Position numbers and translations under genes: made by a program
The notes under the pieces: generated by a model
The model's input: the letters and a program-made list of their open reading frames with translations, nothing else
Database searches by the model: none
What the model was told of the DNA's origin: nothing
Shown here: piece by piece, positions 1 through 12,935 of the stretch
How positions within the stretch are numbered: the stretch's first letter is position 1
Layout of the letters: every line of letters begins with the position of its first letter
From: Entomortierella parvispora E1425
Lineage: Eukaryota; Fungi; Mortierellomycota
Length of the DNA stretch: 64,000 bases
Direction: 5' to 3'
Assembly (NCBI GenBank): GCA_020891255.1
Contig: BQFW01000001.1
Location: forward strand, 1,116,001 to 1,180,000

Positions 1-1198
1 AGAAAGGGGACCAGGGCTGTCAATTACAGAGGGGATCTATATTTGAACGAATCCGGAAGATCGAGTGTGCTGTGCAGCTGTGTTCCTGGGGAAAGCTAAA
101 TTTGAATTTCGCGATGATTGAGGTTGACGACTTGCAGGTTTCGCTTAGACGAGGGGATGCAGATACCAGGATTCCATGTGGTAGTGGCAGCAAAGGAGGT
201 CGTGCACTAGGAGCTTTAGAGACACATTGCCAAGAGAAAGTGCACCTGCCTGCAGAGCGTTCTCTTGGCATGCCAAGAGTTTGATTGGCATGTTTGACCT
301 GCTCTTACACATGTTGAGACAGCAGGGTCTTAACGATGCAGTTCCTGGCTGCGGCTGTGGCCCTTTAAGAAGGTACGCTCAAATTCGTGGAACAGAGTTT
401 GTGAATCCTAGCTCAGACAGGGTTGCCTCAGTGGTGTTGTTCAACCTCACAAAAGCCTGAACACACGTTGCACAACAATTCACCTTTTGTTACCACACGG
501 CGACGGGCGTCTTGACCCCTCCCAGCGGACAGCGAGAGTGAAAGAACACGAGAGGAATGCTAACTTGTAACCTTATACGATATTTTGCTTAGCTGGTGAT
601 TTGCTAACTTACAGCCTCTCCAAGTGGGTTAAGGACCTTTGGGAGTTACTGTTGAAGGACAAATAGTAAAGTCTCATGAACAGAGGCAGGACTGTTAGGA
701 CTGACCACCCACAGCGTGGATAAAGGTAAAATGATGTGGGCTGTTTTTTGCACATATACATCAGCAGTGTTTCGGTTGCCTTCAAGCTCGTTGCTATACT
801 CACTTTGGCCCCCGCAACCAGACCATCCCGTTTTTAAAGTCGGTCACCGTATCGCCAAAAGAGTTTGTGGACGGCTGTTGCATTTTCTTTTAGGGCACAG
901 GATTCCCCAGAATTGAGTTTTTCTCAAGCAGACAAAGCTCATAATTAAAGCCCAGCGAGTCAAGGTAAAATACAAACATACCGTACCATCGTTTATCTCC
1001 ACACTCATCTTTTTTGTATCAATGTTATAAATACCGAGGGAAGACAGGACAATTCTAACAGTGGCTGTTGCAATCTCCTTCATTCCTCCATATACCTTGC
1101 ATCGCCCTGCCTTTCTCCCCTCTCCTCCCCGCTGCTCTCTCCTTCATCACCAACTGATCCAATCTTTCTCAACTGCATTCGCCTGTGGCCTCTCTCCT

Positions 1199-4100
1199 AT
1201 GTTCAAAAACCTGAAAAAAGGTTCTGCCTTGGAGAACACCGCTCGATCCCACCCTTCGCCTGCCCTCAATCGCGACTCGGACTCTTCCTCTCAAAGCAAC
1301 GTGTTTGTCTATTCCTCCAGCACCACGAATCTCCAACCTCCTTCACAGCAATATCACCCTGGTACTCGTCACATCCCTATGGAAAGCCTCCACTCTGGTA
1401 TCAACATGGTCGACTTGAAGTCGAGTGAGCTCGAGCACGATCCTCTCCCACCCGCGGTCGACTTTTCAGGTGTCCACCCTACAGCCCGGTACCAATTTCG
1501 TGCCCTCGCGCGTCGTGCAGTGTCCTTCCATCGTCGACAACGATTCAGCAACATTTGCTGCTTGGTGATTTGGCCTGTCATGCTAGTCTTACTCTGCTTT
1601 GTGTTCTCAATCGTCATGGGGACCGGTACAACGCATGTGTCGGGCCAAGTCGAGTTCTGTTCCAATGATGCAAATCCCCAGACAAGTCCAGGTTTTAATC
1701 TCGACAAGCCAGATGTGGGACCTGCAGCCTGGTACCCTTCTGCATTCTCTAGTCGTGCTCCTAGTATGCCCTGCGTCCGTTGGTTCGGGGAATCGTACCC
1801 CTCCAAGGCTCCATATGAGAACGCTACCGCAGCAGCTATTTCTCAGCCCGACAGGTAAGCTAGTGACTCGAAAGAGAGGGCATCAATGGTAGAACAACAC
1901 GCAAGAGTTTACTCACAATCGATTATCAACCATATCTAGTTACTATCAGCCTCCCCCTAGCATGGGATGGTTCAACTTGAAGAAGGCTGAAGCTGCCGCC
2001 TGGAAAGTTGGTGAAATTGGATATAGAAGCCCTGCACTCTGGAGAATGAATCCTATCAACCAAACAGTGTACTATACCACTGCAAATGCCCAGGTTGCCC
2101 AATGGCTCGGAATCCGTCCCAATGTCACTCAAAAATTCTCCTCGGATGTCTGGCCCCCTGCATCCCCTCAAGCCGGAAGTCCTATCGTCTACAACGTCTC
2201 TGCATTGCCGGCCTCATCTCAGGGGTCTGGTATATTGGGTGCTATCCCAGTTCGTTACGTCAACAATGACAATTATTATCCGCCTGATCCTGAGCGCCCA
2301 GGACACAATCTTAAGAACTCGACTATCTTGTTTCAAGCCCAATCATTTGTTCCTTTGAATGATGCAACAGAAATGCAAAAGACGATTGAGGACATGGTGA
2401 CCAATCTTGCAGACGGTCAAAACTACATGTCTCTGCGAATCATGCCGTTTGGCGGTATTGACTTCCAGGCGGCGGATCCGGCCAAGAACTATATTCAGAT
2501 GACGATGCAATTTGGCGTCCCTCCTTCCAGCGAGTACAGCTACGCATCCGAAGATGCACCCTCACCAGGATTGAGACAGATGTTGGTTATGAGTCAGATC
2601 TCTGGCGCGCTGGTCAAGACAAAGTACGCTGGCCAATTTGTGATCTCGCAGGGTATCCGAGCTTTGCCATATGTCTGGGATCCCAACTCGCAGGATGGAT
2701 ATTACCTCAATCAGATGTCGTCATTCCTGTTCCCCTTTGGACTGTCATTCCTGTTGCCCATCTTTGTCTCGATTTTGGTCCAGGAAAAGGAAGACAAGCA
2801 CCGCATGATGATGGCTATGGTGAGAATCGTCAGGCGATGGATTGAGTATTTATTTTGAGACGGGCGATTGCTGACTTTGCGAGTTCTTTATTTCCTGCTC
2901 CTAGAACGGACTCAAATCGATCTCCTACTATGGATGCCATTACGTCGAGTTTATGACCATGCAATTGATCCTCAGCTTGTTCTTTTGCCTGACTTGTGTC
3001 GCCGTTGGATCGCAACTGATTTTGCGAACACCACCCTTGATTTTGGTGGTGCTGCTGGTTCTCTGGGCGCACGTGCAGACAACACTAGCCTTGTTTTTGG
3101 CCGCTTTTTTCTCCAACACACGTCGTGCTACGTTGATGGTCTACTTTTTTGTTGCAGTCTCTTGCATCATGGCCAGTGTTTCCGCGCAGATCTTTAAGGA
3201 TGGTATCCCTGTTGCCTGGTTCATCCACCCAACGTTCTCGTTCTTCAACATCATCTCAGAGGGTATTCTTCGCTCCAGTCGCGTCAATGGTCTTGACCCT
3301 CTATTCTGGTCTCAGTTCGCTTCAGGCACTGCCTTATTCAAGTGTTTGCTGCTTTTGGTGGGAGAGAGTTTCCTCTTCTTAATTTTGACCTTGTAAGTTT
3401 TCACTGAGGTGCTTGATGATCCCGGTTGTGATGGACAAGACAATTTTTACTGACGTCTATTCTGTTACCTTTTTTTATAGCTACATTGATGCTGTCGTGC
3501 CTTCCGAGTATGGTGTCCAAAAGCCATGGCACTTCCCTATCACTGGCCTGTTCAATCGAGGTAGCTCGACCCGCGACCCCGAATCGCGTGTTCGTCACGA
3601 CAGCAACCATGATGATATCGAGCTTGTAGGCGGAGACTCTGATGTATACGCCGAACGTGAACGTGTCCAAACCCAGTACGAGCCCTCCAAGACGCCTCTC
3701 ATCCTCGACAATCTCTTCCACCGGTATCCTAACAAGGTCGAGCCTGCTCTTCGAGGGATGTCTTTTGGTGTCGAGACCAACACCGTCCTTGGTTTGCTCG
3801 GCCCTAACGGCGCCGGAAAGTCGACCATGATTCACTTGTTGACTGGTTTGTACTCGCCCACATCCGGTACAGCTCATGTGGCGGGCGCGAATATCCGCAA
3901 CGATATGGCTTTGGTCCATGCCAAAATTGGTGTTTGCCCCCAGCACGACATCCTTTGGGGAGATCTTACAGTCGCTGATCACCTGTTGTTTTACTCCCGT
4001 CTGAGAGGCATTCCTCCTTCGTTGGAGCAGCAGGCTGTGACATTTGCCATTGCTTCGGTGTCTTTGATCAAGTTCCGGGATCGTCAGATCAAGGGCTTGT

Positions 4101-4726
4101 CCGGAGGCGAGAAGCGTCGCGTTTCGATCGCCATTGCGCTGTTGGGTGACAACAAGGTCATCTTTTTGGATGAGCCCTCGACTGGGCTGGACCCAGCAGT
4201 GCGCAGAGTGATCTGGGAGATTATCCATCGTGTCAAGGTCAACAAGACCCTGGTCCTGACCACACATTCGATGGAGGAGGCTGATATTCTGTCAGACAGG
4301 ATTGCGATCATGACCGCGGGTCGTTTGCGTTGCATTGGCACGAGTTTGCATTTGAAGAACCTTTATGGATCGGGATTCCGTTTGAACGTCTCGTCCAAGC
4401 CCGGCAGACTTCAGGAGGCCTGCGAGCAAATTGAGGCTGTGGTGTTGAAGGGACTGAGCTTCAAGAGGATCGACAAGTTCACGAACGCGACCACTTATGA
4501 GTTTGATCTTTTCTCTTCGCAGCAACAGCAGCAACGGCAGCAGACGGAGGTTGGACATGGCCAGCTCTCAAAGATCTTTTCGTACTTGTGCCAGCAGCCA
4601 AGTCTGTTCCCGGCCATTGAGGATTGGGGCATCAGTCAGACAACACTTGAAGACGTGTTTATCAAGATTTGCACGGAGGGCGAGTCCGCCCTGGCCATGC
4701 CCTCCATGCCCGCTGTTCAGGAGTGA
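1199..4726 (+). CDS. ABCA-subfamily ABC transporter, half-size (one TMD with large extracellular loop plus one NBD)
   Basis: Exons join in frame: 1199-1854, 1961-2819, 2905-3392, 3481-4726, with GT-AG introns. Walker A GPNGAGKS, signature LSGGEKRR, Walker B IFLDEP, ABCA-typical VGVCPQHD-like IGVCPQHDILW and C-terminal TTLEDVF. The start ATG is uncertain (1199 or 1380). Confidence 0.93.
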
Positions 4727-5097
4727 TGTGGATCATAAACCTTTGTAATAAGGAGTCTATCTAATATAGTACCTAGTACTGGAGCCTTTGGAGTCATTGT
4801 GCAGTGTGGAAAGTCTTATGATCCATATTCAACTATTTTGTTGGATTTTTCTTCGAACAAAAATCCAAGCGAGCCAATAAAGCTGGAATAAAAAATAAAA
4901 TAAAAAATGTGGCGAATGGGGTCACGTTTTCTCCATGCATGCTCACGAGTCCATTGAAGCACGCGTCCTTCTCACCACTGCAATCATCATACTCTTATAC
5001 AGTGCATGGACCCGATTGCATCTTCATCTCTGTGCCTCAAGTCTGCCTGCCGAGCATCCAAGCGACCAAGCCAGGATAGAGACCAGTGCTTCCAGCC

Positions 5098-8000
5098 ATG
5101 AGTGCCCTCACCAGCTTCGATGCTCTACATGAGCCGCCTGTCCAACCCGAGGAGCAGCCCGAGAACGTTCTTTCCAAAATCTTCCAAAAGGTCAAAAGCT
5201 CTCTCACCACTTCCTCCCCCGCACCCACACCTCCTGCCAGCCATACCTCCACTTCAACCATCGCCTTCAATACAGGCGGTAATAGTTCAACCCTTAGTGT
5301 AGGAACCACGGTCGCATCCTCCAGCGGAAGCGAGAGTACACTTCAAGGCAAGAACCCCACCTCATCTGTCGCAGTCGAGCAACGGCAGGAAGTATCATCT
5401 TTAGCTTCCTACGAGAAAGCTGCGAGTACTAGTTCCTCTGTGACCTCCTCAGATGCGGGGTCATGGATCCCGCCGTCAGAATCACAGGGCAGTAACAGTC
5501 AAAAGATCGGAGCACACAACGGATTGCCAATTCCCATGATCACGGATCATAAAGACCGAACGATCGTGGCAAGGAGATCTCCCAACTCTTCGAATGCACC
5601 CAAGAGAGCATCCTCTCTATTTAAAGTCAGCACCGTCGATCACAGTATCGTTCAGGATGATGACTCTGCCTCCCTATCGTCTCTTGCACCCCCAGTGGTG
5701 TCTCTCAGCCCTGCCTTTGGGGACCAGCAAGTGCTCAAGGACGAATCTCTTGAATCCAGTGGAGCAATGATGATTCGATCCACCGATGGTCGCGGACTGG
5801 ATCGCACCAGGTTGAGCGCAGGTATGTCATATTTAGTTCAGGGTCTGATATAGGACTTCGGCGTAATTTCATCTGTACTAAATTAGATGTGCTTCAACAG
5901 GGGACGGCTCTGCAACACGGGATTACATTCATCACGCACTTGGTGCCAGGGACGCATCGTACGACTCTGATACACGATCCATAAGGAGTTTTAGTTCGGG
6001 ACATCAGAAGGGAAACTCTCTGACAAAGGTCATTCGCAGGCTTCGAGGAGAAGGTGTAAACAAGGACTACTGGATGGCGGATGAAAATGCGAAAGAGTGT
6101 TTTGGTTGCAGCGCCTCATTTTTTGTGTTCCGACGCAAACACCATTGCCGGATATGTGGTAGGTCTTTCAAAGGCGATTTATTTTTGTATTTTTGAGGTT
6201 CTCCTGCTAATATAATTGCAACGATAGGACATATTTTCTGCTCGAAGTGCGCCTCAAAGATCATACCTGGCGCCAAGCTGGGCTACGAGGGTCAACTGCG
6301 TGTGTGCAACTATTGTTTGGATATCATGCAGGCGTATGAGCAACCGGATAATGGATCAGGAGAATATGCCACAGGAACCTCGTGGTCTGCAGCACCAACA
6401 CCCTCCATTGCCCACCACAGCCACTTTCCTCAAAGCATACCCATGTCACCAAGCATCCAGTCAACACCTGTGGACGGCACTCCTCTGGACGGTATCCGAA
6501 AGTTTTTACATGCTGGCTCTAATCTATTTCTGGCAAGGTCACGGTCCAATACCACAACTGGAGATCAAGGTGTCGACGGCGGTCCAGTGCCATTTCGGAG
6601 GTCTCTGGCAATAGAGGATGGGAGCATGAACGATTCGGTCCTGGATCCAGAGATTGCGCCATTCATGGGAGAAGATGATGACGACGAGCGAGATGATTTA
6701 TGGGTCTCCAACTCTCCGAATGCCATGGGATTTTTTGCCTGGGGAGGTCCTGATTATGAGGATGACAGCGGCGATGACTTTATGGAATACAGTCCGAGGG
6801 ACAAGGCGCTCATACGAACAGCCAGGGCAGATGAGCTTCGCGACATGTTTACAAAGGACCGGTCTCCTATCAACCGCCGCATTAGTGTCAATGGCACACG
6901 ACCTTCAAGAAATCTGAGTCTTAGTCTTAAGACACGTGGTCTCTACCGACCCGATGGCTCTGAATCTACACGGTCCCCGATGGAAATGCGTCCAGCATCA
7001 CCGTACCTCGGATCGAATTCTCAAGTATTGCTTCATCCTGGAAGGCACTCCAGGGCGGCATCCATGGTGACGAGTGCAGTCGAGCTCAACAGCGCTTCAC
7101 TACAACACATGCGGAGACTTTTGCGGCAGTTGTTGACACGATTCGAGATCGACAATCGGGACGGGTGGGATGAGGTGATCATGAAATTGGTTCTCAAAGT
7201 CTCAAACAGCATCCAGATTCTGAATGGGATGGATGTCATGCAGGTCGTCAAAATCAAAAAAATCCCAGGAGGTACAGCACAGGATACTCTCTACATCAAC
7301 GGCGTGGTCTGTACCAAGAACCTAGCTCACAAGCAAATGAGCCGGATGTTGGTAAACCCTAGGATCCTCATTCTTAAGTTTGCACTCGAGTACCAACGTG
7401 TTGAGAACCACTTTATTTCGCTGGAGCCGATCGTGAATCAAGAAAAGGAGTACTTGCAGCATCTTGTGGCTCGTATCGTGGCTTTAAGTCCTCATTTAAT
7501 TGTGGTTGAAAAGACGGTGTCCCGATTGGCGCTGGAGTTATTGCTGAAGCACAACGTGGCGGTGGCGTACAATGTCAAGCCAGAGGTAACGGATGCGATC
7601 GCCCTTTCGACTGGAGCGGATACAATTCTCTCGTTCGACAAACTTGTGAAGGAGCCACGGCTTGGAACCTGTGGGTCATTTGAGGTCAAGACGTATGTGC
7701 ACGATCTCATCCCGAACAAGAGGAAGAGCTACATGTTTTTCCAGGATTGTCCTGGAAATCTCTTCTGTACTCTCGTTTTGCGCGGAGGCTCATTGGAAAC
7801 ATTAAACAGGATCAAGAAAGTGGTGCTACTTATGGTCTGGGTCTCATACAATCTCAAGCTGGAGACATCGTTGATGAACGACCAGTTTGCAATGACATCG
7901 GCTGTTCGGGAATCAAGGATTGTTGAGGAGGAAGCAGTGGAGATTTCCTCGGATCCATATGTCAGCGCTCTGCAGGAAATGCTCAAACCGTACAAACAGA

Positions 8001-11000
8001 CGATATTGTCAGCCTCCCCGTTTGTCAAGTTTGGTCCGCCATTCCTCTTGACGAGAATGATCGAGGATGCTGAGAAGCTGAAAAAGATTGAACAGACCAC
8101 GACACCCTCGGCGCTTCGTGATATCGGCAACGCCAAGATCTGGTTCGCAACTTCTAGCTCAAATCCTGTCGCCAACAAGTCATCTACGGGCAGGTCGCAG
8201 GATAGTGGCATCATCGATGGCTCTTATATCGACATTTCAAACGACTTTTATTCGAAATCCAGGGCATGGGACGACTTTTTGAGCAGCAACATTGGCCCGA
8301 CTCTCATCCTTCCCTTCGCATATCAGAATCTCACATTTCTGTTCTCCAACGTCTGTATCCCGACGAGGACCACATGTGTCCCTCCAGTTGTTCGGTTGAT
8401 TCAGTACTACTTTATGGAGACGGATGTGACTCTTGCACACTACCTTGAGCAAATTTGCTGGGAGTCCAACCTGCCTTGCCCATTGACCACCTGCGACCGT
8501 CCTCTTCGAGATCATCAGCGTATCTATGCCCATGGAGATGCCAAAATTACTGTCACTGTGGAGCAATGGGAATCCCTAACGACGGTGAAGAAGGAGTCAA
8601 TCATGATGTGGAGCAAGTGCCGGGTCTGCAATGTTGAAACACCTCAAGTGTATGTTTCGGAGGATACCAAAAATTACTCTTTCGGAAAGTTCTTGGAGCT
8701 GATCTTTTACCAGAGCAACTTGACCTGCCGGGCCAACATCTGCTCCCATGATATCAACCGAGACCATATTCGATACTTTGGATTGGATACTCAGCTGGTC
8801 AGAATCGAGCGGATTCCCATTCGACTCTTTGACATCAACTTCCCACCCATGTTGGTTCGATGTAAGCCTGAATTTTCGGCAAGGAGCAAAAACCAGGATC
8901 TAGATGTTGTTCGAGGACTGATTACGCGCTACTGGGATTCGGTCACGGAGAGGATCAAGAACTGCATTTTTGATGTTGTCCAACCGTCCAAGATCGAGGC
9001 GGCCAAACAAGAGTTGCTTGAGATGTCCAGGAACGTGGTGGTGGAAAAGAAATGGACTTTGCAGTTCTTACAGCAGACGTATCTCAACAGTGCACCAACA
9101 GATACCTTGGCTCTGAACCTGGTCCGCATCAAGCTGTATGAGAAGGCATTGGCTTGGAACAAGACCTTTGGTGACTTTGCACGTGTGTACTTCAATCCAG
9201 ATCGCGATTTCAGAAGAAGCACTACATCTCAGCTGCGTCGTCTCTTTGACGAGAAGGAGTTTCCTCTGGCTTCGGATCGTGCCCATCATGCGGGATTAAT
9301 GAATGACCTTCCAATGTCGCTTGATAGCAGTGCCAATTTCGAATCGAATTTGGATGACTTGGATGAATTCACTCCGTCGGACCTACCTTATCTTGGTAGC
9401 TCGCCAACTCTCAATGTGACTAAGCCGAAAGTGGAGGAGGGCAACGTGGCTGCACTCGAGAGTGCTATCGAGACAGCATCCTCTCAAATCGCCTTTCCCT
9501 TCATGGAGCCGAAGGTGACTCGAAGATTATCCATGAACCTCATGCAGGAGTTTAGACCCAAATTAACTCATGCACAGACATCGGATTCCATTCTGACGGT
9601 CACGGACGAATCCTCAAACGAGAAACCCAAGGCTAAGGAAAGTAGCACCTCCCCTGCTACGGTAATCCCTCGTATCCCACTTCCCCTCTCCACTCGTCAA
9701 ACTACAAGGGTTTCGAGTAGATTGTCCATGGTATCGCTGCCATCGTTCGATCCAATGACGTTGCTTCAACAGGAACGTCGGGAAAACCAGCAATTGCGAA
9801 CGAGCGTTGTCACAACGCCAGGACTTGCAACAACACCAACCCATTCCGGACAATCGTCTCCAATGATTGGTGGGGCAGGAGGATCTAGGAGCAATCTGAC
9901 CGACAGAATTGTTATTCCTTTGGATCGAACTCCTACGCATGAGAAGCCAGGCTCAGCGTCATCCACGTCGTCCGGCAAGAACCCCTTTTTCTTTAACAAG
10001 CCTCGAGCAAGGCGACCTACAGAAACAGCATCCTCAACTTCGACCATCGCACATGCCGAAAAGTCCTATCCGGTTACCAATAGTTTGTCGACTACAAATC
10101 TGGGAAATCGTAGGTCCCTCTATCTTGCTAGGGCTCAAGGAGGCTCAGGAATAGGCAGTAGCCCTATCCCCGTCAACAGCGCATCATCAACCTCAACAAA
10201 TATTGAGGGTGGTAGCAGCCGGATTCCTATTGTAAACCGAAATCGATCCTTGACGCAGCCCAATCCAGGCCATGGTAATGCCAGGTCTCGATACATGAAT
10301 GCTCTCTCCAGCCATCAGCGTAACTCTCGACCCTTGGAAACCAAGCAGCCAACGATCGAGGTCTTCTCTAGTGTCAAGGAGGCAGCCAAGGAGGAATCTG
10401 AGGACGAGGATGATTACCAGTCCGAGGGCGAGGGAGATGAGCCATATCAACCCAGTCGCGGCTACACGTTCTCATTGATCCAGACAGACGCGATGGACGA
10501 AGCTCTTGGTACTGAGGACCCTGCAACAATGATGGAGGGTAACGCCTCCGTACGAGGTCATGGAGCCAATGGAGCTACTGGAGCAGGAGGATCAGGAAAC
10601 AACAACCCAGGAGCTAACGACGACTTTTTCTTGGATCCTGTCATGATGATGTTCTTGGGAGACGATGATTACTCATCGGATCAGCCAGCTCAGCTACAAC
10701 AACAGAGTGGAACGACTGTTTTCGGTAGCCAAGGGACCAGTACTGGAGGTAGTCTGAATGCTTCGTCCATGGGCTCACCGCCAGTGAAGACTCCCTCTGT
10801 GAACTTGACTGTCTCTGGAACTCTCAGTGCCGCATTGGCAGCTGCTTCTAAGATCCCGCAATTGAGCGAAGAATTTGGAAGCGACCGTGGGTCCTTGATC
10901 AAAACGCTGTCGAACTTTTGGCAGGACCGAAATTCGCCCAATTTTACCGCCTTGGACTATCCTTTGTAAGTATCAGGGTCATGCTGCTTTAATTAATCCC

Positions 11001-12880
11001 TGGGACATGGTTCTGTTAATCTGATAAATTCGGAACCATTTTGTAATTTAGGCAACCGTTCGAGCACGTCTTCTTGTACTCACAGATCATTGTTCGTGAA
11101 GACGAACCAAGTTCCATCATTGCTCTCACGCTGAGCTCTCCACAATATGTTGAGAAACTCAAGGGAATCTTCTCCTCCGAAATGGATCCAAGTCAAACTC
11201 ATAGTCACCAGCACCGCCACCATCCTCAACATACGTCCGGCACAGCGACACCTTCCGAGGAAACTGTATCTGTAAGTCCTATGGATGGACACACTCACCT
11301 TCACCACCACCACCACCACCACCACCACCACCATCACCATCACCAGCAGGGCGCCCCATCGACGTCCTACACAGGGGGATCAAGCTCTTCTTCAACAACA
11401 GAGGGCATTTATGATGATATCCACGTCTCCGAGGAGTCGTTACTGTCTGAGCCAGGAACTCATATGAAGTTTCGTAAGTGTGAAGCTTAACACCAGACCG
11501 TTTTGTTGAGAATGCCATATCGACCATCTAGTATCGAATTAACAATAATTTGACCTCATATAGCATTTTTGGATGGATCGACCATGCTGTACTGCAAAAT
11601 TTTCTACATGGAGCAATTCCATGCGCTCCGGAAGGCCGCTGGTTGCGAGTACTCGTATATCCAGTCTTTGGCCCGCTGTATGAAATGGGATGCAACCGGT
11701 GGTAAATCGGGCTCGTCATTCTTGAAGACTAGGGACGATCGGTTCATTATGAAACAGTTGTCGAAGGTGGAACTGGAGGCCTTTATCAAGTTTGCACCTC
11801 ATTATTTCCAGTACATGCAAAAGGCAATCTACCACAAGGTAAACCATTTCAGTTCTTCAGCATCACTTGCCTCCTCTTACTTTTTCGAAACTCCATACGA
11901 TGACTAACTGACGATTTTTTTTTTTTATTTCTCAGCAACCTACTGTCTTGGCCAAGATTTTTGGATTTTACAGAGTCGGCTACAAGCATGGAGCCCTGGG
12001 TCGATCGATGAATATGGACGTGCTTATCATGGAGAATTTGTTTTATGATCGCAAGAACTTGCAAGTCTTTGACCTCAAGGGATCCCGTCGAAACCGATAT
12101 GTACAACCGACTGGCAGGGACAATGAGGTGTTGCTGGACGAAAACTTTATTGAGTTTATGGCCGAGTCACCATTTTATATCCGAGAGCACGCAAAGCTAC
12201 AACTGACGCAGTCATTGGCAAACGATTCCGGATTCCTACAACGGTTCAACATTATGGATTACTCCTTGCTAGTGGCTGTGACCACGGACGATCGAGAGGC
12301 GGAAGTGGTGGTTGGCATCGTGGATTTCATCCGTCCATTCACATGGGACAAGAAATTGGAGTCCTGGGTCAAGGATGCGGTCGGATCCAGAGAGCCGACG
12401 ATTGTCTCGCCAGCCCAGTACCGGAAACGGTTCCGAACGGCCATGCATCGTCATTTGGACATGGTCCCCGATCGATGGTTTGATATCGAGTCTTATTTCG
12501 AGGGCACGATTGTCCATCGGTCCATTGGTCGCGCGCACCATCAGCAATTGCGCCTTCAGCAAGATCCCCATATCCAGCAACAGCAACAGCGCCAGCGGTT
12601 GCTTCTTTTGCAACATCAACAGCAGCAACAGTTGCAGCAGCAGCAAAGACAACTGCAGTCGTCCAAGACTGGCCAGGAGAATTACCAGGACGAGTCCCCA
12701 GAAGAATCGCAAGAGGCTACCAGACAGTTGCACCGTGGCGAGATGCAGCAACATCAACATGACGATCATCACCGCCACCACCACCATCGCCACCATCATC
12801 ACCACCACCAGCACAGGAACTCTCTTGCTCAATCTCATACACATACTCACACCCATCATACCCAGCAGCAAAGTATGTAG
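5098..12880 (+). CDS. FAB1: 1-phosphatidylinositol-3-phosphate 5-kinase (Fab1/PIKfyve)
   Basis: Exons 5098-5821, 5901-6158, 6228-10965, 11052-11473, 11564-11838, 11936-12880. FYVE domain (WMADE..CFGC..RRKHHCRICG|HIFC), CCT-like domain (VKIKKIPGG, GVVCTKN), CCR domain and PIP-kinase domain (GGKSGSSF, FDLKGS, MDYSLLV, GIVDFIRPFTWDKKLE). Confidence 0.97.
11302..11343 (+). repeat. (CAC/CAT)14 coding microsatellite, poly-His in FAB1 exon 4
   Basis: Read directly from the sequence; translates as 14 consecutive His. Confidence 0.95.
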
Positions 12881-12935
12881 AATAAATATTTTGTATTGAT
12901 CTAAGCTTTTTAATGTACAAATGCTCTATAAACTT

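Noticed and set aside
3401-4267. 288-aa antisense ORF over the ABCA NBD; similar ORFs at 38037-38654, 39638-40294, 43217-44023 and 61675-62340
   Set aside because: These are shadow ORFs produced by codon bias of the real sense-strand genes; they show no motifs or independent splice or promoter signals.
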